Assembly: GCA_902492995.1 (NCBI GenBank)
Contig: CABUNR010000004.1
Location: 1-61,261 of the forward strand
Direction: 5' to 3'
Source of the DNA: an uncultured Bacillota bacterium
GTDB lineage: Bacteria > Bacillota_I > Bacilli_A > RF39 > UBA660
Length of the DNA: 61,261 bases
The notes beneath the pieces are model-generated. The model saw only the letters and a program-made list of their open reading frames with translations, was not told the DNA's origin and searched no databases. The position numbers were made by a program, and so were the translations under genes. Of the stretch, positions 53,119 to 61,261 are shown piece by piece (positions within the stretch are counted from its first letter, which is position 1; every line of letters starts with the position of its first letter).

Positions 53119-54639
53119 ATGAAAAAAATAATTGATATTGCTAATAATCTTAATATAAAAGATATAGAAACTTATGGTAATTATAAAGCTAAAATAAATT
53201 ATGATTATAAAAATAATAATAAAGATGGAAAATTAATACTTGTAACTTCTACTAACCCAACACCATTTGGAGAAGGTAAAACAACATTATCAATAGGTTT
53301 ATCTGATTCTTTAAATAAACTTGGTAAAAAATCTATTGCAGCTTTAAGAGAACCATCTTTAGGACCTGTATTTGGAAGTAAAGGTGGAGCATGTGGTGGT
53401 GGACTTGCAAAAGTAGAACCAGAGCTTGATATAAATCTTCATTTTAATGGTGATTTTCATGCAATAGAAAGTGCTAATAATTTAATATGCTCTATAATAG
53501 ATAATCATATATATCAAGAAAATGAACTTAAAATAGATAAAGTGGTTTTTAATAGATGTTTAGATATAAATGATAGGGCACTTAGAACAATTAATTTAAG
53601 TAATAGAATAGAACATTTTAATATAACACCAGCAAGTGAAATAATGGCTATACTATGCTTATCAAAAGATATTTATGATTTAAAAAATAGAATATCTAAT
53701 ATAATAGTTGGTTATACAAAAGAAGAAAAGAAAATTTATGTAAAAGATTTAAAATGTGAGGATGCTGTAACAATATTACTTAAAGATGCTATAAAACCAA
53801 ATTTGGTTCAAAGTTTATATAATAATCCTGTTATAATGCATGGTGGACCATTTGCTAATATAGCACATGGATGTAGTAGTATTATTGGAACACTTACATC
53901 TTTAAAATTAGCTTCTTATGTTGTAACAGAAGCTGGATTTGGTAGTGATATGGGAGCATTAAAATTTTTTGATATAAAATGTAGACTTAATAATATATAT
54001 CCTGATGTAGTAATTATAAATGCTACTATTAAAAGTTTAAAATATAATGGAGATAATTCTTTAGAAAAAGGAATAGAAAATTTAAGATTTCATATAAAAA
54101 ATATGCAAAAATTTAATGATAATGTAATAGTATCATTAAATAAATTTGATGATGATTTAGAAAGTGAAATTGAGTATGTTAAATCTTTTGTAGAAAAATT
54201 AAATGTTAAATTTGTAATTTCAACAATGTATGAAGATGGTGATACAGGTTGTATAGAACTTGCTAAAATAATATTGAATTTAAAAAATACAAAAAAATAT
54301 TATTTATATGATTTAACTGATACATTAGAAGAAAAAATAAAAAAAGTATGTAATCATTTAGGGTGCAATAAAATTACTTATAGTAATGATGCATTAAATA
54401 AATTAGGAAAAATAAAAGAAAATTATCCAATTTGTATTGCTAAGACACCTTTTTCTATAACCGATGATAAAAATATTTTAGGATATCCTAAAAATTTTGA
54501 AATGAAGGTAACAGATATAAAAATATTAAATGGAGCAGAGTTAATAGTAGTTTATATGGGAAATATCTTAACAATGCCAGGACTTACTAAAAATGCTAAT
54601 TACTTAAATATGAATATAAACGATATCATCAGTAAATAA
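53119..54639 (+). CDS. fhs: Formate--tetrahydrofolate ligase
   Basis: TSTNPTPFGEGKTT P-loop region, EPSLGPVFG.KGGA.GGG, HGGPFANIAHG. Confidence 0.9.
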   Translation: MKKIIDIANNLNIKDIETYGNYKAKINYDYKNNNKDGKLILVTSTNPTPFGEGKTTLSIGLSDSLNKLGKKSIAALREPSLGPVFGSKGGACGGGLAKVEPELDINLHFNGDFHAIESANNLICSIIDNHIYQENELKIDKVVFNRCLDINDRALRTINLSNRIEHFNITPASEIMAILCLSKDIYDLKNRISNIIVGYTKEEKKIYVKDLKCEDAVTILLKDAIKPNLVQSLYNNPVIMHGGPFANIAHGCSSIIGTLTSLKLASYVVTEAGFGSDMGALKFFDIKCRLNNIYPDVVIINATIKSLKYNGDNSLEKGIENLRFHIKNMQKFNDNVIVSLNKFDDDLESEIEYVKSFVEKLNVKFVISTMYEDGDTGCIELAKIILNLKNTKKYYLYDLTDTLEEKIKKVCNHLGCNKITYSNDALNKLGKIKENYPICIAKTPFSITDDKNILGYPKNFEMKVTDIKILNGAELIVVYMGNILTMPGLTKNANYLNMNINDIISK

Positions 54640-54657
54640 TAATACTGGTGATTTTTT

Positions 54658-55428
54658 ATGAAAAAAATATTAATAACAGGAGCTTATTCTGGAATAATGA
54701 GAGAATTAATAAAAAAAATCAAAAACAAATATTTTATCTATGTAACAGTTCATACAGAAAACGAACTTAAAAATATAAAAGAATATTATAAAATGGAAAA
54801 AAATATCGAATGTTTAAAATTAGATATAAAAAATGATTTAGATATAGAAAAAATAAATAAATTAGATATAGATGTATTTATATCTAATGCAGCAGTTGGA
54901 TATGGTGGAAGTATTATTAATATGGATATTAATAAAATAAAGGAAAATTATGAAGTAAATGTTTTTAGAAATTTTTATTTAATTCAAAAAATATTAGAAA
55001 AGATGAATCAAAAAAATAAAGGTAAAATAATAATAATGGCATCTCTTGCAGGCATAATTCCAATTCCTTTTTTAGGATCTTATTCATCTACTAAAGCAAG
55101 TATTATTAAATTAAGCGAATGCTTAAATAAAGAACTTAAAATACTTAATAGTAACGTTAAAATAGCTTTAATAGAACCTGGAATGTATAAAACAGGATTT
55201 AATAAGTATATGTTTGATAATAAATATGATAGTAATTTCGATAATTTGTTTAAAGAAGAATTAGAATTAATTCGTTTAAGAGAAAATTTACTAATGTTTT
55301 TTTTAGAAAAAAATAATTTAAAAAGTATTGTAAATAAAATAGAAAAAGCAATAGAAAATGATAAATTTTTGTATAGGACACCTTTATTGCAAAGTGTAGC
55401 AACTAAAATATATAATATATTAAATTAG
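54658..55428 (+). CDS. SDR-family oxidoreductase
   Basis: ITGAYSGIM (TGxxxGxG variant), NAAVG, catalytic YSSTKA (YxxxK). Confidence 0.8.
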   Translation: MKKILITGAYSGIMRELIKKIKNKYFIYVTVHTENELKNIKEYYKMEKNIECLKLDIKNDLDIEKINKLDIDVFISNAAVGYGGSIINMDINKIKENYEVNVFRNFYLIQKILEKMNQKNKGKIIIMASLAGIIPIPFLGSYSSTKASIIKLSECLNKELKILNSNVKIALIEPGMYKTGFNKYMFDNKYDSNFDNLFKEELELIRLRENLLMFFLEKNNLKSIVNKIEKAIENDKFLYRTPLLQSVATKIYNILN

Positions 55429-55481
55429 AAAACTTTAGTTTCTAATTTTTTTGTGATAAAATATATATAAGTGGTGGTTAT

Positions 55482-57104
55482 ATGGGAAAAATAATAAATA
55501 TAATAAAAAAATATCTTAGTTTAATAATTAAATATATAAAAATATTTATAAATAAAATAAAAAGTTTTTTAAAGCAAATAAAAAATAAGATAAATATTAA
55601 AAAAGAAAAAAATGAAAAAAGTAAAATTAAAATATTTTTGATAGGATTTTTTTCATATGTTGGTAGTGTAGTTGGATATTTAATAGCAAAACCAAAAGAA
55701 CCATTAAAAGAAATAGAAAAAATAAATAAAAGGGCTATTAATATAGAAAAAGAAATAGAAAATGAAATATCACCATTTGTACTTAAAACATATAAAAAAG
55801 AAATTAATAAAAAAATACAAAAATTAGAGAAAATAAAAAATATTAAAACAAGAGAAGAAATAAAAGAAATAAAAAAAGAAGAAGAGCATCTTTTAAATCT
55901 AAATAAAAAAATAGAAGAAAAATTAATTAATATAGGTAGTTTAGAAAAAGACAAAGTAAAAAGTGAAATAAAAAATAAAGAAGAGAAAAAATTTTTAGAA
56001 ACAGAAAACAAAGTAGAATTAAATAATAATAAAAAAATAAATAAAGAAGTAATAAAAAATAAAGTAGATACTAATTTAAAAAAAGTAGTAATTACATCAA
56101 AAAAAGGTTTGAAAAAAATAAAAAATGCAAGTTTAATAGGTGGAACATTATTATTAAATAAAATAGTCAAAATAAAAAAAGAAGAAACCAAAAAAAAGAT
56201 AGAAAAACTAGATAAAAATGATAATATAAAAAAAGAAATAATAGAATTTAATAATATAATTAATAAAACTTATAATGAAGTAAGAGACAATAATAATGAA
56301 ATAGATTTATTAGAAAAAAAGAAAAAAATAGAAGAGTTAAAACAAAAATATATAGAATTAACTAGATATGATGATTTTATATATTTGAAAGATGATTATA
56401 AGATTAATAGTATTGATTCAAATCATTTAGTATATCATGACAAATCAATAGATGATTTAATTGATTATTTAAATAATAGAATAGATGAAGTTGAAAAAGA
56501 AAAAGCCTTGAGAGAAAAAGACTTATTAAATGAAAAGAAAAAAGTTAATGATATAATGCTTGCTAAAACTAGCATTAAAGAAGATATTAGTTTGAGTATG
56601 AGAGAAATAAAAAAAATAAAGAAAGATATTTTAAGAATTCCTACTAGTTATAAAAAACCAAATTTAATAACAAGATTATCTAATTTCTTTAAATATTCTA
56701 TCAATGTTGGTATAAGTTTAATTCCATTTGGAATATTTAAAAATAAATTACTAGCAACATTAACAAGTGGAATAATTTTAAATAATAGAATAAGATGTAT
56801 GAATTCCATTATTTCAAATAGTGATAAAGTTGCTTTTATAGAATATGAGAATATTTTAGCAAATTTAAATGATAGAAAAAATTACTTAGAAAATACTAAC
56901 TATGTTTTATTAGATACAATAAGTCAAATAGACTTGTTAAAAATAAAATTAAATGAAATAGATATTAATAATTCAGAAAAAGAAAAACTATTAGTTGGAT
57001 TAGATGAAATGAAATTAGATCTTTTAGAAGAAAATTTAAAAGTAGAAACAACTTTAGAAGAAGTAAATAAAATAGGAAAAAATAAAATAAAAATAAAGGA
57101 GTAA
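55482..57104 (+). CDS. Hypothetical Lys/Glu/Ile-rich coiled-coil membrane protein
   Basis: 540 aa with extreme K/E/I/N composition. One hydrophobic segment is near the N-terminus (IFLIGFFSYVGSVVGYLIA) and one near residue 400. The coding strand was chosen because the product continues into a plausible C-terminal domain and is followed 1 nt later by the next gene. Confidence 0.5.
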   Translation: MGKIINIIKKYLSLIIKYIKIFINKIKSFLKQIKNKINIKKEKNEKSKIKIFLIGFFSYVGSVVGYLIAKPKEPLKEIEKINKRAINIEKEIENEISPFVLKTYKKEINKKIQKLEKIKNIKTREEIKEIKKEEEHLLNLNKKIEEKLINIGSLEKDKVKSEIKNKEEKKFLETENKVELNNNKKINKEVIKNKVDTNLKKVVITSKKGLKKIKNASLIGGTLLLNKIVKIKKEETKKKIEKLDKNDNIKKEIIEFNNIINKTYNEVRDNNNEIDLLEKKKKIEELKQKYIELTRYDDFIYLKDDYKINSIDSNHLVYHDKSIDDLIDYLNNRIDEVEKEKALREKDLLNEKKKVNDIMLAKTSIKEDISLSMREIKKIKKDILRIPTSYKKPNLITRLSNFFKYSINVGISLIPFGIFKNKLLATLTSGIILNNRIRCMNSIISNSDKVAFIEYENILANLNDRKNYLENTNYVLLDTISQIDLLKIKLNEIDINNSEKEKLLVGLDEMKLDLLEENLKVETTLEEVNKIGKNKIKIKE

Positions 57105-57105
57105 T

Positions 57106-57744
57106 ATGAGAGAAAAATATAAAAATTATATAGAATATGATCATTCATTTGAAAAATTAACAATGTTTGGAATAATTTGTTTAATAATAGTAATATCAGG
57201 TATTTTTGGCTTTATTTATGAATTTATATTTTATTATTTTAATTTCGGGATGAAGGAATTTTATTATAGAGGTGGTAACTTTCTGCCTTGGATAAATATC
57301 TATGCTATAGGAGCAGTATTTATATATTTTTTTACATATAAATATAGAAAGAAACCTATAAAAGTATTTTTAATTAGTATGATTACATCAGGAATACTTG
57401 AATATATTGGTGGATTATTATTATATAAAGTAGGTAATGGGTTTAGATGCTGGGATTATAATACAGAAATACTTAATTTTTTAAATATTGATGGATTTGT
57501 TTGTTTAAGAAGTGTATTATTTTTTGGAATATCGGCTTTATTATTAATATATTTAATTGTTCCAATTTGTTTCAGTTTAGCTAATAAATTAGATAAAAAA
57601 TTATTTTTAATTATTAGTATTTCAATTTGTTCTATATTTTTAATGGATGAAATATATAATCTTTTAGTAGCAAGAATATTTAATTTGAAAAGAGCTTCTG
57701 ATATATATAAAAGTTTAGGTGTAAAATATGTAAATTTTAAATAG
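57106..57744 (+). CDS. Polytopic membrane protein, CmpB/DUF1113 (putative ABC-transporter type IV) like
   Basis: Six hydrophobic segments. The motif GGNFLPWINIYAIGAV ... CWDYN resembles that family. Recollection only. Confidence 0.45.
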   Translation: MREKYKNYIEYDHSFEKLTMFGIICLIIVISGIFGFIYEFIFYYFNFGMKEFYYRGGNFLPWINIYAIGAVFIYFFTYKYRKKPIKVFLISMITSGILEYIGGLLLYKVGNGFRCWDYNTEILNFLNIDGFVCLRSVLFFGISALLLIYLIVPICFSLANKLDKKLFLIISISICSIFLMDEIYNLLVARIFNLKRASDIYKSLGVKYVNFK

Positions 57745-57751
57745 GTGATTT

Positions 57752-58510
57752 ATGGAGATATATGATTTAGATTATAATAAAAGAGATTTGTTAATTAGTT
57801 CTTTATCTTTAAATTTAGAAGATAATATAAAAGTAATAGAAGAATATTACAAAAATTTCAAAATAGAAAAAGATAGATTTTTAGTGATTTCCGATACACA
57901 TTTTGGTAGAAGTAAATGCGATATATATCTTATGGATAAAATATATAATTATGCTATAAATAATAATATAGATACAATTATTCATGCAGGAGACTTAGTA
58001 GAAGGGAAGAGTAATCCTTATATGAAAAATTTAAGTATTGATGAACAAATAAAAAATTTTATAAAATATTATCCTAATGATTTAGTAAAAACATATTATT
58101 TATATGGAAATCATGATTTTAATTGTTATTATTATGATAAGGTTGATTTTAAAGAATATCTAAAGGAGTTAAAAAATTTAGAGTATATAGGTGTTAAAAA
58201 TTCATATATTTATTTGAATGATAATAGTATTATTAAAGTTGAACATGAATGTAAAACGTGTAATTATCTTGTTCCAAAATTAGAATATGATTTTAAAATT
58301 TATGGTCATAAACATAGTTATGGAGCTTATAGTGAGGCTAGTGATATAAGATTACCAGCTCTGATTTTAGATAATCCTGATAATATTGAGACAGGCTTTT
58401 TAGATGTAACTTTAGATTTAGGAAATCTTATTGTTAATTTTTATAATAATGATATTAATCATATTAAAGAAGACGTAGTATGTAAAAGAAAGGTGCTTAA
58501 ATGTGAATAA
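57752..58510 (+). CDS. Metallophosphoesterase (calcineurin-like)
   Basis: Motifs ISDTHFG, AGDLVEG, GNHD and GHKH in the canonical order. Confidence 0.8.
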   Translation: MEIYDLDYNKRDLLISSLSLNLEDNIKVIEEYYKNFKIEKDRFLVISDTHFGRSKCDIYLMDKIYNYAINNNIDTIIHAGDLVEGKSNPYMKNLSIDEQIKNFIKYYPNDLVKTYYLYGNHDFNCYYYDKVDFKEYLKELKNLEYIGVKNSYIYLNDNSIIKVEHECKTCNYLVPKLEYDFKIYGHKHSYGAYSEASDIRLPALILDNPDNIETGFLDVTLDLGNLIVNFYNNDINHIKEDVVCKRKVLKCE

Positions 58511-59090
58511 AAAAATAGAAAAATTATACAATATTCTTTTATCGGATATACCAAGTAGAGAAATTAAAACAAATGAAATATTTATATTTGAATTAATCGA
58601 AGAACTTGAAAAATGTAAAAACTTTAATCAAAATAATGAATAGCATATTTATGATGTTTATGAACATATTTTACACGTTGTTGATTATGTTGATTCAAAT
58701 ATTTATTTGAGATTATAAGCTTTGTTTCACGATATTGGAAAACCCTATACATATACAGTAGATACTAATAATGTTGGACATTTTTATGGTCATTATAAAA
58801 AATCTTTAGAAATATTTGAAGAGTTTAGTAAGACAAATGATTTTGATAAAAAAATATTTGATATTGCATATAAATTAATTTATTATCATGGTATAAATAT
58901 ATCTAAATTAGAAAATAAAGAATTATTAAAATTTTTAAATAATTTTAGTTATGAAGAATTAGAAATGTTATTTAATTTAAAAACAAGTGATATAAAAGCA
59001 CAAAATCCTAAATTTCATTATTTAATAAAAGAACTAGAAAAAGAAAAAATAAACGTTTTAAATATAAAGGGAGGTTTTTATGAAAAATAG
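58503..59090 (+). pseudogene. HD-domain phosphohydrolase (tRNA nucleotidyltransferase/CCA-type HD domain) with two in-frame stops
   Basis: The frame from GTG 58503 reads ...NFNQNNE*HIYDVYEHILHVV...IYLRL*ALFHDIGKPYTY.... TAG at 58641-43 and TAA at 58716-18 interrupt the conserved H...HD motif region. ORF 58722-59090 is the same frame. Confidence 0.7.
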
Positions 59091-59637
59091 TGAACTTGAA
59101 AGTATAAGAAGTGAATATAAAGATTTATTAAATTTAAGAACACAAATAATAGATAAATTAAAAAAAATAGAAGATTTAGAAAAAAATCCATTTGTAAAAG
59201 AATATTTAAAATTAAGGGAAGAACTAGAAAGTGATAAAGATCACAAATATACCCATATGGAAAGATTGAATGATTTTGATATGCTTAAATTATGCTACAA
59301 CAGGGTAAATATTACAGAAACAAATAATATATATGTATATACAGGAACATTTAAAAATGATATTAATGATAGTTTGGGTACAAGAGTAAATTATGATAGT
59401 GAAAATGCTTTATATAGTAAATATAGTAATATAGAATTACAAGAATATAATTTTAATAGTACAATGATAATTCCAGTATCTAAAAGAGAAGAATTCGAAA
59501 AAAATAATATAGTTATATTTCCTAAAAATTATTTACTAGATAAAACATTTTATGATATACAGAATAAATTTTTTCTTGATGCTATGGAATTAGGGCAAGA
59601 AAAAGCAATAGAAAAATTAATAAAAAAATATAATTAA
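59080..59637 (+). CDS. Hypothetical protein
   Basis: 185-aa ORF overlapping the HD gene's end by 11 nt, with SD GGAGG upstream. No family was recognised. Confidence 0.5.
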   Translation: MKNSELESIRSEYKDLLNLRTQIIDKLKKIEDLEKNPFVKEYLKLREELESDKDHKYTHMERLNDFDMLKLCYNRVNITETNNIYVYTGTFKNDINDSLGTRVNYDSENALYSKYSNIELQEYNFNSTMIIPVSKREEFEKNNIVIFPKNYLLDKTFYDIQNKFFLDAMELGQEKAIEKLIKKYN

Positions 59638-59656
59638 AAAGTGTTTATTTTGTTTA

Positions 59657-59681
59657 AAAATGTAATTTATTACATTTTTTT
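59657..59681 (+). terminator. Rho-independent terminator
   Basis: AAATGTAAT / ATTACATTT stem followed by T7. Confidence 0.65.
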
Positions 59682-59762
59682 GTTAAGAAATGTAAAATTT
59701 AAATAAAAATAAAGTATCAAAAAAAAATATATGATAAAATAATAAAAGATAGGAGAGATACA

Positions 59763-60545
59763 ATGATAAATTATGATTTTAAAGGTAAAAATGTAATTGT
59801 TACAGGTGCAAGTATGGGACTTGGATATGCGATTGCTTTAGAATTTGCTAAAGCTGGTGCCTCTTTAATAATTGCAGATATAAATATAGAAGAAGCAGAA
59901 AAAGCAAAAGAAAAATTAAGTCAATATGGAGGTATAGTTGAAACATATAAAATAGATGTTTCAAATTATAATGAATTTTTATCTTTGGCAGAATTTGCTA
60001 AAGAAAAATTTAAAACCATAGATATATTAGTCAATAATGCTGGGATATTTGTAGCTGAAATGTTTAATGATATGGAAGTATCTAAAATGGATAAATTGAT
60101 TAATGTAAATTTAAATGGAACTGTTTATGGATGTAAAGCAATTTTACCTATTATGAAAGAACAAAAATATGGTAAAGTTGTTAATATGTCAAGTATTGCT
60201 GCTAAATTAGGTGGAAGTGGTGCAGCTATTTATTCAGCTACTAAGGCAGCTGTTTTAGAACTTACGGCGTGTTTAGCACGTGAATATGCAAAGGATAATA
60301 TTAACATAAATTGTGTACTTCCAGGTATTATAAGAACACCTTTATGGGAAAAGGCATTAGATGAAATGACAGAAGGAGACGTATCAAAAAAAGATACAGT
60401 GTTTGCTCAATTTACAAAAGATATTCCAATGGGTAGACCACAAGAACCTATTGACATTGCGAAAGCTGTTTTATTCTTATGCAGTGATGATGCAAGTAAT
60501 ATTACTGCTCAAAACTTAGCTGTTGATGGAGGACATACATATTAA
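59763..60545 (+). CDS. SDR-family oxidoreductase (FabG/3-oxoacyl-ACP reductase-like)
   Basis: VTGASMGLG, NNAG, YSATKAA (YxxxK), PGIIRTP. Confidence 0.85.
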   Translation: MINYDFKGKNVIVTGASMGLGYAIALEFAKAGASLIIADINIEEAEKAKEKLSQYGGIVETYKIDVSNYNEFLSLAEFAKEKFKTIDILVNNAGIFVAEMFNDMEVSKMDKLINVNLNGTVYGCKAILPIMKEQKYGKVVNMSSIAAKLGGSGAAIYSATKAAVLELTACLAREYAKDNININCVLPGIIRTPLWEKALDEMTEGDVSKKDTVFAQFTKDIPMGRPQEPIDIAKAVLFLCSDDASNITAQNLAVDGGHTY

Positions 60546-60643
60546 AAATAAAAAGAAACATTAAAATAATAAAATATAAGTAGAAATAATAATTGTAATA
60601 TGTTATAATATACTGCAATTTATTCTGTTTAGGGAGGTTTTGT

Positions 60644-61084
60644 ATGTTTAAATATAGTGAAAAAGATTTATATAATAGATGTGGATATGATAAAAATAGT
60701 GTAGGAAAAGATTTTAAAGGTGACTTTTATGTAACGCCTGATGAATCAAAAATTCCAACATTTACTTATGAAAAATTAGGTGATAGTGGATTATCAAGAG
60801 GTTTAGTTTTAAAAACACCTAAAGGATATATACCTGTTGATAGAATAACTAAATTTAGTGATATTCTTGATGATTCTTTGTATTTAAAAGATGAAACTTT
60901 ATGGATAATTCCATATTTAAGTTATCCTTTATTTTATTCTGAGTCAATTTTTAAGTTTGCAGTTTTAATAGAAAAAAATTGGGAAGGGATTATTTATAAA
61001 ACAGATAGTTATAAAAATAATCTAGAAGAGGATGAAATTATAGAAGAATTTGTAATAGGTTATGTAAAAAAGAAAAAAATATAG
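60644..61084 (+). CDS. Hypothetical protein
   Basis: 146-aa ORF with SD GGGAGG upstream and a terminator downstream. No family was recognised. Confidence 0.5.
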   Translation: MFKYSEKDLYNRCGYDKNSVGKDFKGDFYVTPDESKIPTFTYEKLGDSGLSRGLVLKTPKGYIPVDRITKFSDILDDSLYLKDETLWIIPYLSYPLFYSESIFKFAVLIEKNWEGIIYKTDSYKNNLEEDEIIEEFVIGYVKKKKI

Positions 61085-61099
61085 ATAAATTATTATAAT

Positions 61100-61124
61100 A
61101 CAGATTTATATATCTGTTTTTTTG
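61100..61124 (+). terminator. Rho-independent terminator
   Basis: ACAGAT (61100-05) / ATCTGT (61112-17) followed by T7. Confidence 0.65.
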
Positions 61125-61261
61125 TTAGAAAGTGTTATAATATAAATACATTAAAATCTTTTTGAGTAAATACTTTAACAAATATTAAATAATCTATTAA
61201 TAATTAAGACAACTATATATAAGTCAAGTCTAAAATGATAAATTTTATAAAAAAGTTTGAA

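Noticed and set aside
55478-56191. 237-aa minus-strand ORF fully overlapping the start of the 540-aa Lys/Glu-rich gene.
   Set aside because: It is an antisense shadow: AAA/GAA/AAT-rich sense codons give TTT/TTC/ATT on the other strand, with no stops. The product is a Phe/Ile/Leu/Ser homogenate. The plus-strand ORF is longer, has an SD-like GGTGG upstream and is contiguous with the downstream operon. With such biased composition the strand choice is not fully certain.
19117-58718. Possibility that the in-frame TAA/TAG codons (19117, 58641, 58716) reflect stop-codon reassignment or a suppressor tRNA.
   Set aside because: TAA, TAG and TGA each terminate many conserved genes at the expected positions in this window: TGA for ruvB and queA, TAA for rpoB, rpoC and tuf, and TAG for trmH, ruvA and the TetR gene. 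None of the five tRNAs has a CTA, TTA or TCA anticodon.

Overview
61.3-kb chromosomal segment of a very AT-rich Bacillota (Firmicutes)-type genome using the standard bacterial code: TAA, TAG and TGA all terminate conserved genes. Most of it is core housekeeping. In order: a MacB/FtsX-type ABC exporter with a TetR regulator; a small sporulation set (SpoIIIAH-like, GerE/LuxR-type HTH, GerM-like); five tRNAs flanking a solitary MvaI/BcnI-like restriction endonuclease; cysS, ruvAB, queA, miaA, deoD, add and two M16 peptidases; two type IV pilin-like genes; rimM-trmD; rplKAJL, a ybxB-like methyltransferase and rpoBC; rpsL-rpsG-fusA-tuf; then a FemAB-like gene, murD, eno, priA, fhs, two SDRs and several hypothetical membrane proteins. 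One pilin gene is a ~2,000-codon, repeat-rich modular pilin with a G9 tract at its 5' end and one in-frame TAA. The most interesting element lies between rpoC and rpsL, directly upstream of a 4-TM protein with a basic N-terminus. It is a ~583-nt ORF-free, comparatively GC-rich, helix-dense transcription unit with a consensus sigma-A promoter and a 5'/3' closing helix followed by U8. I read it as a candidate large structured ncRNA. Its layout resembles OLE RNA/oapA, but I cannot verify the family without a covariance-model search. Three genes are disrupted: a 7-bp tandem duplication in the FtsX permease, a nonsense codon in the giant pilin, and two nonsense codons in an HD-domain gene. No CRISPR array, transposase, integrase or rRNA was seen.
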